This document shows, in pieces, positions 25,567 to 38,767 of a stretch of DNA of 64,000 bases. Below the pieces are notes generated by a model, which did no database searches, was not told where the DNA came from, and saw nothing but the letters and a program-made list of their open reading frames with translations. The translations under genes and the position numbers were made by a program. Positions within the stretch are counted from its first letter, which is position 1; each line of letters starts with the position of its first letter. Origin of the DNA: Torpedo marmorata (taxonomy: Eukaryota); assembly GCA_977017645.1 (NCBI GenBank), contig OZ360224.1, positions 44,764,001 to 44,828,000 of the forward strand, read 5' to 3'.

Positions 25567-28500
25567 AGTATTTATTAATTTAAACATGGTTATTATTATT
25601 TTTAATTATTATTATTAATATTAATTTAAGCATAGTTAGAAAGTGCAGGTTTCACTTTTATTTATTAAAGGTCAAATTTTCATTCTATTATTGTGGTTAA
25701 TATTCAGATACACATCAGCAGTTTTGCTAATGTGTGTGCACATGTGTGGGGAAAGGGTAAACCTTTACATATTTGGAATGGTTGCATGATTCCCTTTCTG
25801 TAGGTGGCATTGCTTTAATGGTTATTGTCTTTAATGCTGGATTGGGTATTCTTGGTCTTCATGGAAACTTTTACTCATGGGAAATCTCAGATATTAGGTT
25901 ATCAGAAAAACTGTTCCTAAAGATTAGAAAATATATTTTGTATTTTGACTTCAATAAGGCAAATCATTTTATTTTAAATAGAAAACAAATGGTTATTTCC
26001 TATTAACAGTCATGTTAAATTGATTACAATATCTGCCGTGGACTCTCAAACATTTGGGAATGAATAATAGTTCAACCCCCATTGCACAATGGGTATCGAT
26101 TATATAAACACTTTTTCAATAAAAAAATAGAACAGGGAATAACTAGCCCAGCAACTAATTGAAAAAAAGAGCAATGTGTTGACCTTGGTCAATGTTAGAT
26201 AACATAACTATAAAATAATAATCTTTAGAGAAATTTAATTTCATTAATGGATTATCACCATAATCATATTGTAACATTCACGGATGTATTTTAAGTCTTC
26301 ATTGGAAATTACTTCCACCCATTAATTTACTCAATATTTCATATTCGTTATGCAATTATTATTCCCATTTTGCATTTCTGTGACGAAGGATTAAACTTGT
26401 TTGACATTAGAGAGATTTTGTTGCAGGAAAATAAAAATATATGTGCCTTCATTGTTTTGGAATTAAATAAAGTGCTAGCCAACCGAGAAAAGTTGCAGCT
26501 AATGCTTAATGGTAAAATATAGAATGGCTCCGTTTCCAAAGTGAGGTTAACGAGATGGTCAAGAGTCATTGTGCCGTATTTTGTGTGGGAATAGCTGCCT
26601 GGGACTTTTTAAAGTAATTTACTTAACAGGAAATGAGTTGGTCCCAGAAGAGAGAGCAAACGAGGAGAGTTAAAGTAGCCAGCGTGATAAATGACGCTTT
26701 CATTTAGGGATCTCTAGAGCTCGTTTAAGTCTAATTTTCCGTATTAGCCCCTGTTGAGCTATTAATATAGTACTCAGGGACCGTGGCTTCTGTCTGGGCA
26801 GAGACATTACAGCTAACATTAAAACACTCTCTTGATTTCAATGTGGAGATAATGGAAGGTGTTTAAAATGTTTTGTTTTACTAATACAGATTGACAGAGG
26901 GATGTACATATGATTTGCAGAGTTTGGTCAATGAACAATCAATAAAGAGATAATGGGAATTTTGTACGACTTTAATCGATTAAAGTCGAGGAAAACGGGG
27001 GTAGGTAGTGCTTATAAAAATAGTTGTTAAAACGTTTTTATTTGATTATCTTGGCAGAATTTTCATGTCGAACGGGAATTTTATAAAGACTGAATTGATT
27101 GTCTAGTTATGCACTTGGTCTAAAGGTAATGGGGCTAAGTATGTATCGATGACCGCATTATTGCAAAATATTGTATCACACAGAATTATTGAATGTTAAT
27201 GTGCATTGAATTTTCACTCAAAATGGACAAGAAAATTCCCTTAAAACTTTTGTCGATGTTATTTTCGTACACACTTCTAGTCTCATCAGTAGAAATATCC
27301 ATTCCCAGATTTTCACATGCTCTGTGTCATCCAGATATTCCAAGCGTACAAGCCCAACTCCAGAAATATTTGAGGATAAATAAATCCTGATAATTACGGA
27401 GGAAATGCATCTGCATCAGGATTGCTATTGAGTAGCTGTTGTGTTGTTTGGAATCTGCGGGATAAATTCGCGCCTTTGCTACATTAAATGTTCAGTCATT
27501 CTGGGTTATTATTATTACATTAACTCCATAACGATTGCATATACGCTTGTAACATATTTACACATTGCATTACAAAATCACACTGAAGGAGTGCAAGCTG
27601 AACATTCTGAACACGTTAGGAACTGAGGGCTTCAAGCTGCGTTTTGGTCGTGGTCCATTGGTTTGCGATTTCTTCTAGTCGTTTGAACGCTATCAAGTTT
27701 GTTGTCGAATTACATTTCAAAGCACAATCTGCTCATAATTATTAACAAATGAAGCAAGTATTATTTTCCATATTGATGATCTGTAAGAGAAATTAACGTG
27801 ACAACGTGCCTTAGAGATATTCTAAAACCAAATTAGCAACGTAATATTACAAGACTAATAAATATGATTGAAAGCACTTAAACCGAACCAGTGCAATAGT
27901 GGTTTATGGTTCATTTCGGTATGTTAATCATTAGGCGAGGGTATTTATAAAACGACAGTGTATTTCTGTTTATTGGATTAATGTTTGTCATTTCTTCTGA
28001 AAATAATTATAATAAATAAGCAGTCAGAGATACAAATAGATTACTGGGCTTGTAGTTCCTTATTTATACCTAATGTGGGGATATTTACCATCCAATTTAT
28101 GAATATTTATTTTCGCAGATGTTGTGTGGCTCATTTTAAGAACATTGCAATTCAGAGCTGATTAGTCCCAAAAGCCCTCTGCCTTATATTTGCCAGCACC
28201 TGCAGCAAATTGTAGATTGTGGACAATTCTTCCAGCTTTTAACACCAGGACAACTTCCTGGGAGCACTAACCCTACCATGCTTATGAACAAAAAAATAAA
28301 AATAAAGTAGTAGCTTCAGTAGGTCACTTGTTACAGATATTGGAGTGGTCTGAGCTTACAGTGACTGTGTCCAGCATTTAGTTTTAACATGCTTCGAAAA
28401 CATCTGACAGATTCAGGAATGTCTGCACTTCCAATAGAACCAGCCACCACTAGAATTTCAGATCTCTGTTGGTTTTAAACATATTGCAGCACAATTTGCT

Positions 28501-29764
28501 TTGATTTGGAAAATTCGTGTTCGAATTTATGATGTTATATTTTGGAGCACAGGGAAAAGCGGTTAATTAAGAAATGCTTTAGGATTTTTAAAAAAAATAT
28601 TTCCCACTTGTGTCCAACAAACGATTATGTAATTTACACTTTTAAAACTTTTACATGGTCTCACGATGATAGTATTCCTGCATTTTACCTCGCAAAAATA
28701 AAGCAAGCAACTGGTACTTGACTAAGCCAATTTTCTACGCCGAGGTTCACTGACAAGATGTTTTAATTTGGCGAGGGGAGGAGGATGGGTGGAAGTGAAT
28801 TCATAATGGCTACGTTTGGCAAGTGAGTGGATGCGTGCCCATACATCATTGTGCCCAGACATACTCCAATCGAATGGTAATGAGTGTGATCGAACAATAA
28901 ACATTTCGTTGGCAGTATTTTTAGTATGGATCAACTGTAAGGCCAACTCACACCGAAAATGCAGCCGTAAATAATTCGTTATCTTGCCTAATGATTCAAA
29001 ATTGGCCAGATATCCAACTTTACAATTAAAAATTGTTGTTGTTCGATACTCGTTCTCGAGTAAAGCCGTCGTAGCGATGTATACGAAGCTCTGGTGATAA
29101 ACTTGTATAACGTCCACTCTCTGGAGTCAAACACAGTCACCAGGGTTAATCTCAAAAGTGAAGAAGCAAAAATCAGGAGATTTAAATTGAACTGGGATTA
29201 TTAGCGGTAGCAACACCATTACCGGTTCACAAGCCGCAGTTCCACATAATATGGAAACACATAAGGACTGGAAGAGTAGAACCCAGCAGCAAAAAAACAA
29301 AACGTTACCTGACGTGGAAATTGATACGTGGCCCGAGCGTGGATTTGTAGGAGAAATCTTAGCACAGTTTGCCTTATGCTCATTGAAAAGTAAAGTTGTG
29401 GCTAAATATCGAAAGGATCCAAATTCACTGTTATATATTCAGTTCTTAGTTTAAAACCTGTTTGGCGAATTGCAAGGGGGAAATATCAAGATCGGAGTTA
29501 AGGGACCAGTCATTAAAAACAATAATTTTGAAACATCTTATTCTAAATCATCTAAATCTATAAAATTTTCTCAACACATTTTCTATGCCAATTGAAGGAA
29601 AATGCTCAGTAAGGTACAACTGAGCCTCATAATGTGAACAAGCTGAATTACTATGACGTCAGAATGACTATCTCTTGCAGCTGCGTATTTGAATTCTCTT
29701 GCTTCACACTCCAATAACCACAGAACCAACAGCACAGAAACATCCTGTCTGCGCTGAACTATTT

Positions 29765-31482
29765 TCAGGCCAAGTCCCATGGAGCTGCACCCGGACCATA
29801 GCCCTCTATACCCCTCCCATTCATGTATCTACCAAATTTCTCTTAAATGTTGAAATTGAACCGGCATCCACCACATGGGCTGGGGGCTCGTTCCACACTC
29901 TCACCACGCTCTGAGTGATGAAGCTTCTCCAAATGTTCCACCGAAACATTCCACCTTACACCGTTAACCCATGTCCTCTAGTTCTTGTCTCACCCAACTC
30001 CAGTGGGGAAAAAATCTGCTTGAATTCACTCTATTTATACCCCTCATAATTTTGAATACCTCTATCAATTCTCCCCTCATTTTTGGATGCTCCAGGGAAC
30101 AACGTCCCAACCTATTCAACTATTCATCTCTTCAAGTCCCAGCAACATCCTAGTAAAATTTCTCTGCACTCTTTCAATCTTATTCATTGCATAGAATATA
30201 GGAGTTGGGAAGTGATGTTGAGATTATATAAGGCTTTGGTGCGGCCTAATTTGGAGTTCTGTGTGCAGTTCTGGTCGCCAAATTATAGGAAGGATATCAA
30301 CAAGGTGGAGAGAGTGCAGAGAAGGTTTACCAGAATGTTACCTGGGTTTAAGTATCTAGAGTACAAGGAGAGATTGAGCATATTAGGTCTTTATTCTTTG
30401 GAGCGTAGAAGGTTGAGAGGGAATTTGATAGAGCTATTTAAAATTATGAAAGGGATAGACAGAGTGGATGTGGATAGACTATTTCCATTAAGAGTAGGAG
30501 AGATTGAAACAAGAGGACATGAGCTAAGAGTTAAGGGGCAGAGGTTTAGAGGTAACATGAGGGGGAACTTCTTTACTCAGAGAGTGGTAGCGGTGTGGAA
30601 TGAGCTTCCGGGAGAAGTAGTGGTGGCAGAGTCAATTTTATTATTTAAGAAAAAGTTGGACAAGTATATGGATGAGAAGGAGGTGGAGGGTTATGGGCAG
30701 GGTGCAGGTAGGTGGGACTAGATAGGAATGTTTGGTTCGGTGCGGACTGGAAGGGCCTAATGGCCTGTTTCCGTGCTGTAATTGTTATATTGTTATATGG
30801 TTATTGATATATTTTCTGTAGTTAGGTCACCAAAGCTGCACACAATACTCCAAATTTGGCCTCACTGCTGTTTTCTACAACTTCAACATAACATGCCAAC
30901 CCCTGCACTCAATTATTTGATTTATTCATGCCTAAGTGCCAAACCTTTCTTTACAACTCAATCTAACTATGGTACCACTTTCAATGAATTCCCAGTTCCC
31001 TCTATTCTACTGCACTCCTCAGTGCGCTGCCATTTACCGTGTATGTCCTACCTCTTTTTGTCCTTCCAAAATTCAACACTTTCACACTTGTTTGCATTAA
31101 ATTCCATCTGACAGTTTGCAGCCCATTTTTCCAGCTGGTCCAGATCCCTCTGCAAGCTTTGAAAGCCTTCCCCACTGTCCACTACTCCTCCAATCTTTGC
31201 ATCATCTGGAAACTTGCTGATCCAGTTTACCACATTATTATCCAGATCACTGATATAGATGACAAACAACAATCTGACCAGCACCAAATCCTAAGGCACA
31301 GCACTAGTCACAGGCCTCCAGTCAGAGAGACAATCATGCACTACCACTCTCTGGGTTTTCATCCAAAGCCAATGTCTTATTCAATTTCCTACTTCACCCT
31401 GGATACCAAGCTACTGAACCTTCTTGACCAACCTCCCATGCGGGATCTTTTCAAATGTCTTACTGAAGTCCATGTGAACAAC
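29765..31482 (-). mobile_element. CR1 LINE 3' part, interrupted by a nested CR1
   Basis: ORF 31048-31287 reads LFVIYISDLD..ISKFPDDAKIGG..LQRDLDQLEKWA..QMEFNANKC. The host sequence rejoins across the insertion as tcaatc|ttattgatat. Confidence 0.88.
30185..30805 (+). mobile_element. CR1 LINE 3' fragment nested in the opposite orientation
   Basis: Open CR1 ORF2 C-terminus (EYRSWEVMLRLYKALVRPNLEFCVQFWSP...ERVQRRFTRM...FFTQRVVAVWNELP), then a 3'UTR and a (ttgttata)-like tail. Confidence 0.92.
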
Positions 31483-32704
31483 GATATTACATCCTGGGCT
31501 ATAATAACTCTTCAATACAGCCTCAACAAATATATATTTAAAATGATCAGGGAGGGTGAGAAAAGGAACAACTAACAACAAATCTTAATCATGATTATTT
31601 GAGTCATTTGGATAGGAAAGGAAGGCAGAATTTTTTTAAACCAATTAAACCAGTGGAAGTCTATGTCCACAATTGGGGAAAGTCTTCTGTGTTTTCACTG
31701 TCTGTTGATTAAATAATTTAATCTACAAATTCCTAACGTAAACATTTTCTGGGCAAAAGGGCACAGTTTCTTAAATTGGAAAATCGAGATTTTACGCATC
31801 ACTTCGATTGCAGGGCTGCGAAGACAAAATTAATTTGATACATCTGCAAAATGAAACAAGAACCATTTGAAACCATGGAAAGCCTTTTTAATGCAGTGAC
31901 CAAAATCAAACCAGAATATGCTATATTTACGAAGTTAAATATATGGAGGAATATGCTGTATTTGCATTTATGTGAATTGTGAATCCTTGGCCTGTATTTA
32001 TCGTTGATTGTTGTTGGTTGGCAAACGTTTATCTTGAGAACTAACTAATATGTTTGGAAAGAATGAATCCAAGTATCTTCTTTGGATCCTTGCTATTTCA
32101 AAAGTAAATGCTATTCATAAAAGGCATATGCAAGACAAGTACAAAAAACATTACATGGCTTTTTTACATCAATGGCGTCATCCAGTCTCTTCATTCTTGA
32201 TGTTATCAGTTCTATGCATTTGTAATATTAACATCTTCTGTGGTCTCATTCGATGACACAGATTTCAAATGTTTGAGAAGTTTTTTTTTTACGCAGGGAT
32301 TCCCAGCTCAATATCTAGTGTCAGCAGGGCCGCAGACTCCAGTCCTTCCCTATAAAACCTTTGCGTTGACTTGGCCAAGCTTCAGCGCCTCGCCTAGCAC
32401 ATGTCCCTGCAGCCTGCAAAGTGCTTCTGAGTCTTTAGATTTTACTCATGCCAGTGTTCGCTTTTCATTACACTTCGGTAGCAAGCAAAATTACCCAGGT
32501 GACAATAATATTAAGGTCATCACGATTTTCTCTTTCCTGTGCTTTAATCTGAATAATTCCCAAATTATGAAAATAACACATCTGGAATGTATACGTCATA
32601 GATTCTATCAAATCAACTGCAATTAATATAACTTTTCAGAGATCGGGCGATCCTTTTATTTCTTTGCACGTTTAACCAATTATTTATGACCGTTTCAGTA
32701 CTAT

Positions 32705-33090
32705 ATAGAACATAGAACAGTTTTGCACAATGCAGACCCTTCAGCCCACAATGTTGTGCCGACCGACTCCCCCACAGCCAATAACCTATTTTACTCACCC
32801 ACGCGCCTGTCTAATAGTCTTTTAAATGTCCCTATTGTATTACTACAACCCCGGCAATAAATTCCAGGCACCCACCACCCTGCGGTAAATAAACTACCTG
32901 TGACGTCTCAATGAAGTTTCCTTCATTCACCTTATACAGACGTCCTCTGGTATTGGCTATTGCCGCACTTGGGAAAAAAGGTGCTGGCTGTCCACCCTTT
33001 CGATGCCTCCTATAATCTTATATAAATATTAAATCGCCTCTCACCCTCAGTTGCTTCAGCGAGAAATGCCCTAGCTCGCTCAACCTTTCA
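32705..33090 (-). mobile_element. CR1 LINE 3' fragment
   Basis: atagaacatagaacag tail followed by cccttcagcccacaatgttgtgccgacc and decayed ORF2 end motifs. Confidence 0.7.

Positions 33091-33094
<4 letters not shown>

Positions 33095-33146
<52 letters not shown>
33095..33146. repeat. (TA)n microsatellite
   Basis: Seen directly. Confidence 0.95.
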
Positions 33147-33150
<4 letters not shown>

Positions 33151-33932
33151 ATTGACAAATAACAAGGAAAATTGAGTGTAGAAACAATTATGTAATCAAA
33201 ATGTGAGATTTTGTTTTATTTTGCTTGAGACCGGATTAATCCACAAAATAATTGTACAGAATTCCGGTATTTTAGTAAATACACCGCTTCCCCTCACAAT
33301 AACATTAACTTGCCCTTAACTTCTGTGCAGCCCTATTCTAGTCCAGATAGCAGGATAAAACACGGACCAACCCATTCTTGAGAAATGATTTGAAATCATA
33401 GCGCAGCCTTTCACTTACTTTGCTCTGAAGAAGATATTTATTGATTTGCAAGATTTTGTTTCGCAACTTGGACACTTGTTCTCATTTACGAGATCCCACT
33501 TAAAGGTTACATGATTCCTCCACACCTAGTTTTCCCCTTCTAAATGAATTAGAACTCAATAAGTTACGATCCTGCCACCAGACCCAGAAGCTGGAGGATA
33601 TCACCTCAAACAAGTATCTTGTTTTATTTTAAAGATCAATACGCTATCTTCCCATAATGCACAGCAAAGTATTTTTACAGAATTCGAGTTTATTATCGAC
33701 ACGCCTCCTTTTCCATTTAAAGTGACTAGGATTGTTTTTCATTACAATGCCCCAGCAGTATAATATTTCTGTTCTCTGACAAAATGTTCCATTTCAACCG
33801 ATCCCAAGAGGGTGGCATGATGTCCTCCTATGCCCTAAGCTTCATTCAACAGGTCTTGCGTTCAGCAGCGGATAACACACGAACCTACGGTAATGCAGCG
33901 CTGATCTTTGTCATTATGTCCTTTTCTTTCAG

Positions 33933-34149
33933 TCCCACTTCCGCAGAAGAACATCACATCCTTGATGATGAACAAAGACAATCTACTTGGTGGAATTGCT
34001 AACCATAACGAGGTATTCTGCTCGGTGCCAGGACGCTTATCCCTTCTTAGTTCCACATCCAAGTACAAGGTGACTGTGGGAGAAGTCCAAAGGCGCCTGT
34101 CCCCACCAGAATGCCTGAACGCGTCACTATTGGGGGGAGTGCTGAGAAG
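33933..34149 (+). CDS. TFAP2B: AP-2 beta exon 4 (start of the basic DNA-binding region)
   Basis: Acceptor cttttctttcag|TC; (V)[15 protein letters not shown]...[46 protein letters not shown]; donor AG|gtaagt; 217 nt. Confidence 0.97.
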
Positions 34150-34240
34150 GTAAGTAGTCAACGCAGGAAAGCGATTACAAAAACTCAACGTGGAAACTAT
34201 TGCATAATAACGTATGACTAATGCTAAAGCGCATTGCTTA

Positions 34241-34450
34241 TCATTGCCTATATCCCCCAACAGTTTTGCATTAAGCTGGTGAATGTCATTGCGTATATCC
34301 CTCAACAGTTGTTCATCCATCCATTGAGCGTTATTGACTGTACCCCCTACAGTTGTCCATTTCCTGTGTCATTGCCTGTATTCCCAACATTGTCCATTCG
34401 TCCATTAAGTGTCATTGCCTGTATCCCACAACAGTTGTCCATCCATCTAT
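34241..34450. repeat. Degenerate minisatellite, 5 units of about 38-45 bp
   Basis: Core tcattgcctgtatccc.caacagttgtccat recurs at 34241, 34286, 34331, 34369 and 34412. Confidence 0.85.
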
Positions 34451-34899
34451 CTACATTTACGGCCATGAACAAATCTCACAGATTGTTTCTCCACAGTGCA
34501 ATATTTCAATTAATATTTCTGCGAGTTGGTCGCAAGGGAATTCAGAACACATTAATAACCATTAAAACGCGAACATAGAAGCCACTGGGTATGAAGGAAA
34601 GGATAACAATTGCATCCTTGCAGGTCTATTGACTCATAGATTGGTCCACATTGCACACTCAGACGCAGGTCTGAGTGATAGTTATTCTAACTGTTTCTGC
34701 CGCCGGGGCTAGTGATCAAGTACCTGTATATGTGGTTGTAAGCAGGCCGACCCCCTCCGCCCAGTGTTCCATGTGGCAGCTGTACCATCGGTCTCGGCAC
34801 CATATTAAAAAAGCATGGAAACAACCATTGCCTCCCCCTCCCCACCCGTGCCCCATTGATCATGTGAGGGGAATGCAGCCAGGAGTTTCACGTTCTCCA

Positions 34900-34988
34900 G
34901 CATTATGAGATTCAATTTGCGGATGCAATGAGCGGGCGGGCGCATTATGAGATTCAATTTGCGGATGCAATGAGCGGGCGGGCGCATT
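34900..34988. repeat. Perfect 42-bp tandem duplication
   Basis: gcattatgagattcaatttgcggatgcaatgagcgggcgggc twice, followed by gcatt. Confidence 0.95.
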
Positions 34989-35689
34989 TAATGAAATAAG
35001 TTTCTTGTTAAAATGCTAAAGGCCCAGAAAAAAATCTAAAACTATTGTGACACTATCTAGTTGAAAATATTTAAAACCAACAGGCTTTAACGTTCTTGAA
35101 AATCTCACTCCATAACACCCCCCACCTTCCCTGGGTCAGTGGGTGATTGAAAGCAAACGTAGCCCTAGATGTTCCCTTGGGCTGCAGTTTTATTCTAACT
35201 GCCAATGCTGGACTGATATCTATGGAGGGGATAGTGGGCTTTCCCTCCCAACTCTGCCCCCCCCCCCAATCTGATGTAATTTCATGTTCTAGCGGTCTCG
35301 ATTTCAATGAAAATAATCCCATTAATTTCAGAATTTAAAATATCGCATCGTAAATATATGTCGTGTCCAATTGATGGTGTCCGTCAGTGTCTGATGATGA
35401 CATTTCCCGACTTTCACACACTTTGGGTATTACTACTCCATTACAGTTCCCCTTTCGAGCTCATATGCAGCTAATTTATATGAATGCAATGACATTGTTT
35501 CAAGTTTAAGCCATAGCATGAACATTTTAATAAACCCGTTGGAATATTGGGGAATGAAGTGTTTAAATAAAATTTATAAAATAAGGAACATATGAAAATT
35601 ATTGTTTCAAATCAAATTATCCGCACCCTTCCCCACAAACGGGGTCGTGGTGTGTTGCAGTTTAAAAATGTATCGTGTATTGGTTTCAG

Positions 35690-35808
35690 AGCAAAGTCGA
35701 AAAATGGTGGAAGGTCGTTAAGAGAAAAGCTAGAGAAGATCGGATTAAATTTACCCGCAGGCAGACGTAAAGCTGCGAACGTCACTTTACTGACCTCGCT
35801 AGTAGAAG
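35690..35808 (+). CDS. TFAP2B: AP-2 beta exon 5 (basic region)
   Basis: Acceptor tttcag|A; (R)[39 protein letters not shown]; donor G|gtaaag; 119 nt. Confidence 0.97.
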
Positions 35809-36273
35809 GTAAAGATTTGGGAACACTTTTCTGATTGTATTGATACTTTAAATACATAATTACCTCAATAAGTTTACCACCGACAAAAAAAACTGTTTAA
35901 CAATGGTACGAAGAAGGAAATAGCGACAGGAGGTCTATTTGTCAACTGTTTATATATTACATTGAGGGGATTCAAAGCTATTCTGTTTTGCTTTGCTTGT
36001 CTGTGTTGCCATTCATTGTGGTAACGCCTGCTGAAAAATTGCTGACCACTGTCAATTTTTATCTACTTTCACGAATATTCGCTATTTTCTTTGAACTTTC
36101 AAGAGAAATTACGTTAATTGTGTAATTAAAGTACCGATGTACTTTGTGCATAAATAATGATACTAAATATTATAAATGCATTTATCCCATAGCCGTAAGG
36201 ACTCTTGGCTAACCTTTATGAATAATTTATAATTGCATTCACATTTTCATATGTAGCAGGTTCAATCAGTTGA

Positions 36274-36401
36274 NNNNNNNNNNNNNNNNNNNNNNNNNNN
36301 NNNNNNNNNNNNNNNNNNNNNNNNNNNNNNNNNNNNNNNNNNNNNNNNNNNNNNNNNNNNNNNNNNNNNNNNNNNNNNNNNNNNNNNNNNNNNNNNNNNN
36401 N
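36274..36401. other. Assembly gap (N run) in intron 5
   Basis: 128 Ns. Confidence 1.
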
Positions 36402-38534
36402 ACAAACAAGAAGGTACCTGTTACTTCCATTCATGATCACTCTATATCTGCATCAAAGGCAGACAGACATCTATTGTTCACAAAATGGCCTGTAATGTAC
36501 GTACATATATGGAGAGAGTGAAAGAGGAGAGTTTTTTAAAAAAAAAGCTTTTTAAATAGCAGAATTTAAAAAAAAACATGTTTAGTAGAATATGGATGTG
36601 GATGATTGTGAACACATTTCATTTTACTGTTGCATGACGTTGGACGTTCGCCAAACCCTTGAAACACCTTGCTGATTGGAACATATTTTGTGTTCTTTCT
36701 CAAACAATAATAGTGCCGGGGATTGTATGCATTCTTCGTTAATAAACTGAAATTGTCCGTGATGTTGTTGAAAGGTAAATTGGCTCGATTATTAGTCACG
36801 CGGTTATGTGAAACATCAAGATATTCACCTTTTTTATTTCCTGTTCACTGCTACCTCTGCCTCCTTCACCTATATACCGTTTATCCCTACATCTATGAAC
36901 AATTGTCTTTGCTACAAGGATCACCGTGACAATTATTTAATTTTAGTCTGCGAGATAACTTCAGCTCAGCTAATGATGTTTTATTTTTGAAAGATGTAAC
37001 ACCAGTTGTAAAGTTGCCCTTCATGAATTTTATATTTTAATGGTAACACCCTTATTAACGTTAAATGGTTAAAAAGTCAGAAAATAATTAGATTGATCAT
37101 TAGCAGTACAGTATATGGTTGAATTCTTTAATGCTAATGTTAATTTCATGTGCAGTGTCTAAGCTACCGTCTGCAAAGTACTTTGAAAAGATTCATTGCT
37201 GGAGGGGTGAAGCATTATCTACTTGAACCCCCCCCCTCCACCCTCCCCCCCCCCAGAGCTTGGCTTTGTAGTGTTACCCACCTTTCCCTGCTCTCTGAAA
37301 CATCAGCATAAGGCGGGAAGGTTGATGGCATGGAACTCCCTGCAGGGTGTTCTCAATAAATACACATACATACTCACAATAGCTATATAGGGAATAGGCA
37401 TTTTCTTGCTGCTTTATGCTATTTAAACTGTATTTTAAAATCTCTCCTCTTTCAGTCTCACCATACATATATGTATATGGTGAATTGGAGAGTACTTACC
37501 CATTTTCAGCAATCTAATTGTTCTTGCGAGGATTTAGTATTTTTAGCTGTTCCTAGTTGATTCACAACGTTGGTATAAAACAGTTCTTATTAGTATTTTG
37601 TTCTATATTAAAGTATTTGATTTATTGTATTTCAGTTTATTGAATATGATTTGTAGTATTTAGTTGCCTTTGACAACGTCGTTTACACTAAAATACTAAT
37701 ATATATTATTAAATGGTAGTGGAATTTAGTGAGCAACTTCCCAGCAATTTATGTGGGCAATATATTATACAGTCTTCGGGAAACGTACCTTTTATTAGAC
37801 ATTCACTCAGATAGATCATATGATGTGGATCATAGGATCATTAACATATGATATATTGTTTATGCATTCTCTGGTAGATAAACAAGGGTTATTAGAATTA
37901 ATTTTCTTTACTCTTTTTATGACGACCATTAGACTTCACAGATTAATTGTGAATACCCCCTCGGAACTTTTGCTATTTGTTATTGTGGTAAATAACGCTT
38001 AGTTATCCTCTGTTATAAACTTCAGGGCAGAGGATCATTTGTTTATTTACAATATTCCTATTCTCACGAATAAATGTACAATAATCAATTCCTTCATAAC
38101 AGTCGCGAAACACAAAAGTTGCAGATGCTGGAATCTTGAGCAGGGAAAGAATTTCTGGCGAGACTCATCAGAATTCATAACAGTCAGTTATTTTGCAATA
38201 CACACTCCAGTTGGTAATTGTTTACAATAAGGACATCATGATACTCTTAACCGCCATGATACTCACAAACCAATCCATTGCATTACTGTATCTTACCTTA
38301 TATCTAATAATACTTATCTAACAACTAAATGCAGAATAACACTGTTAACGTCGCGAATGAGTTCGATTCTTACAAGTTTTCTTTTGTGTGGCGGTGCGGG
38401 GGAAACATGCATTATCTATTGGTCACTTCTCCTTATCCAGCTGAGTATTAGTTTCTGGGCTCTAATTTTGTATGCAAAATGTTAGCCAACCATCGATTTA
38501 AATCATCTCATTTACGCGATTGAATCTGTGCATA

Positions 38535-38767
38535 AAAATTAAAACACGAAAATCTGTAGACACCGTGGTTGAAGTAAAAAACACAAATGCTGGAGAAACT
38601 CAGCAGGTCAAACAGTGTCTTTTATGTAGTAAAGGTAGAAATACATAACCGACGATTCGGGCTTGAGCCCAAGGGCTCAAGCCCGAATCGTCGGTTATGT
38701 ATTTCTACCTTTGCTACATAAAAGACACTGTTTGACCTGCTGAATTTCTCCAGCATTTGTGTTTTTT
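38535..38767. mobile_element. Hairpin (inverted-terminus) Penelope-derived insertion with target-site duplication
   Basis: Arms 38576-38670 and 38673-38767 are reverse complements with 2 mismatches. The insertion is flanked by gaatctgtgcata at 38522-38534 and 38768-38780. Its sequence matches the Penelope terminus at 62064-62187. Confidence 0.93.

Noticed and set aside
33853-33889. Cryptic exon-like segment (caacag|...|gtaatg) before exon 4
   Set aside because: 37 nt would shift the frame and leave only a 43-nt intron. Used as an alternative acceptor it adds 80 nt, also out of frame.
33862-34320. 152-aa minus-strand ORF
   Set aside because: Antisense shadow of exon 4 plus the minisatellite.
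34241-34450. CRISPR-like repeat and spacer pattern
   Set aside because: Vertebrate intron, degenerate repeats, short related linkers and no cas genes. It is a minisatellite.
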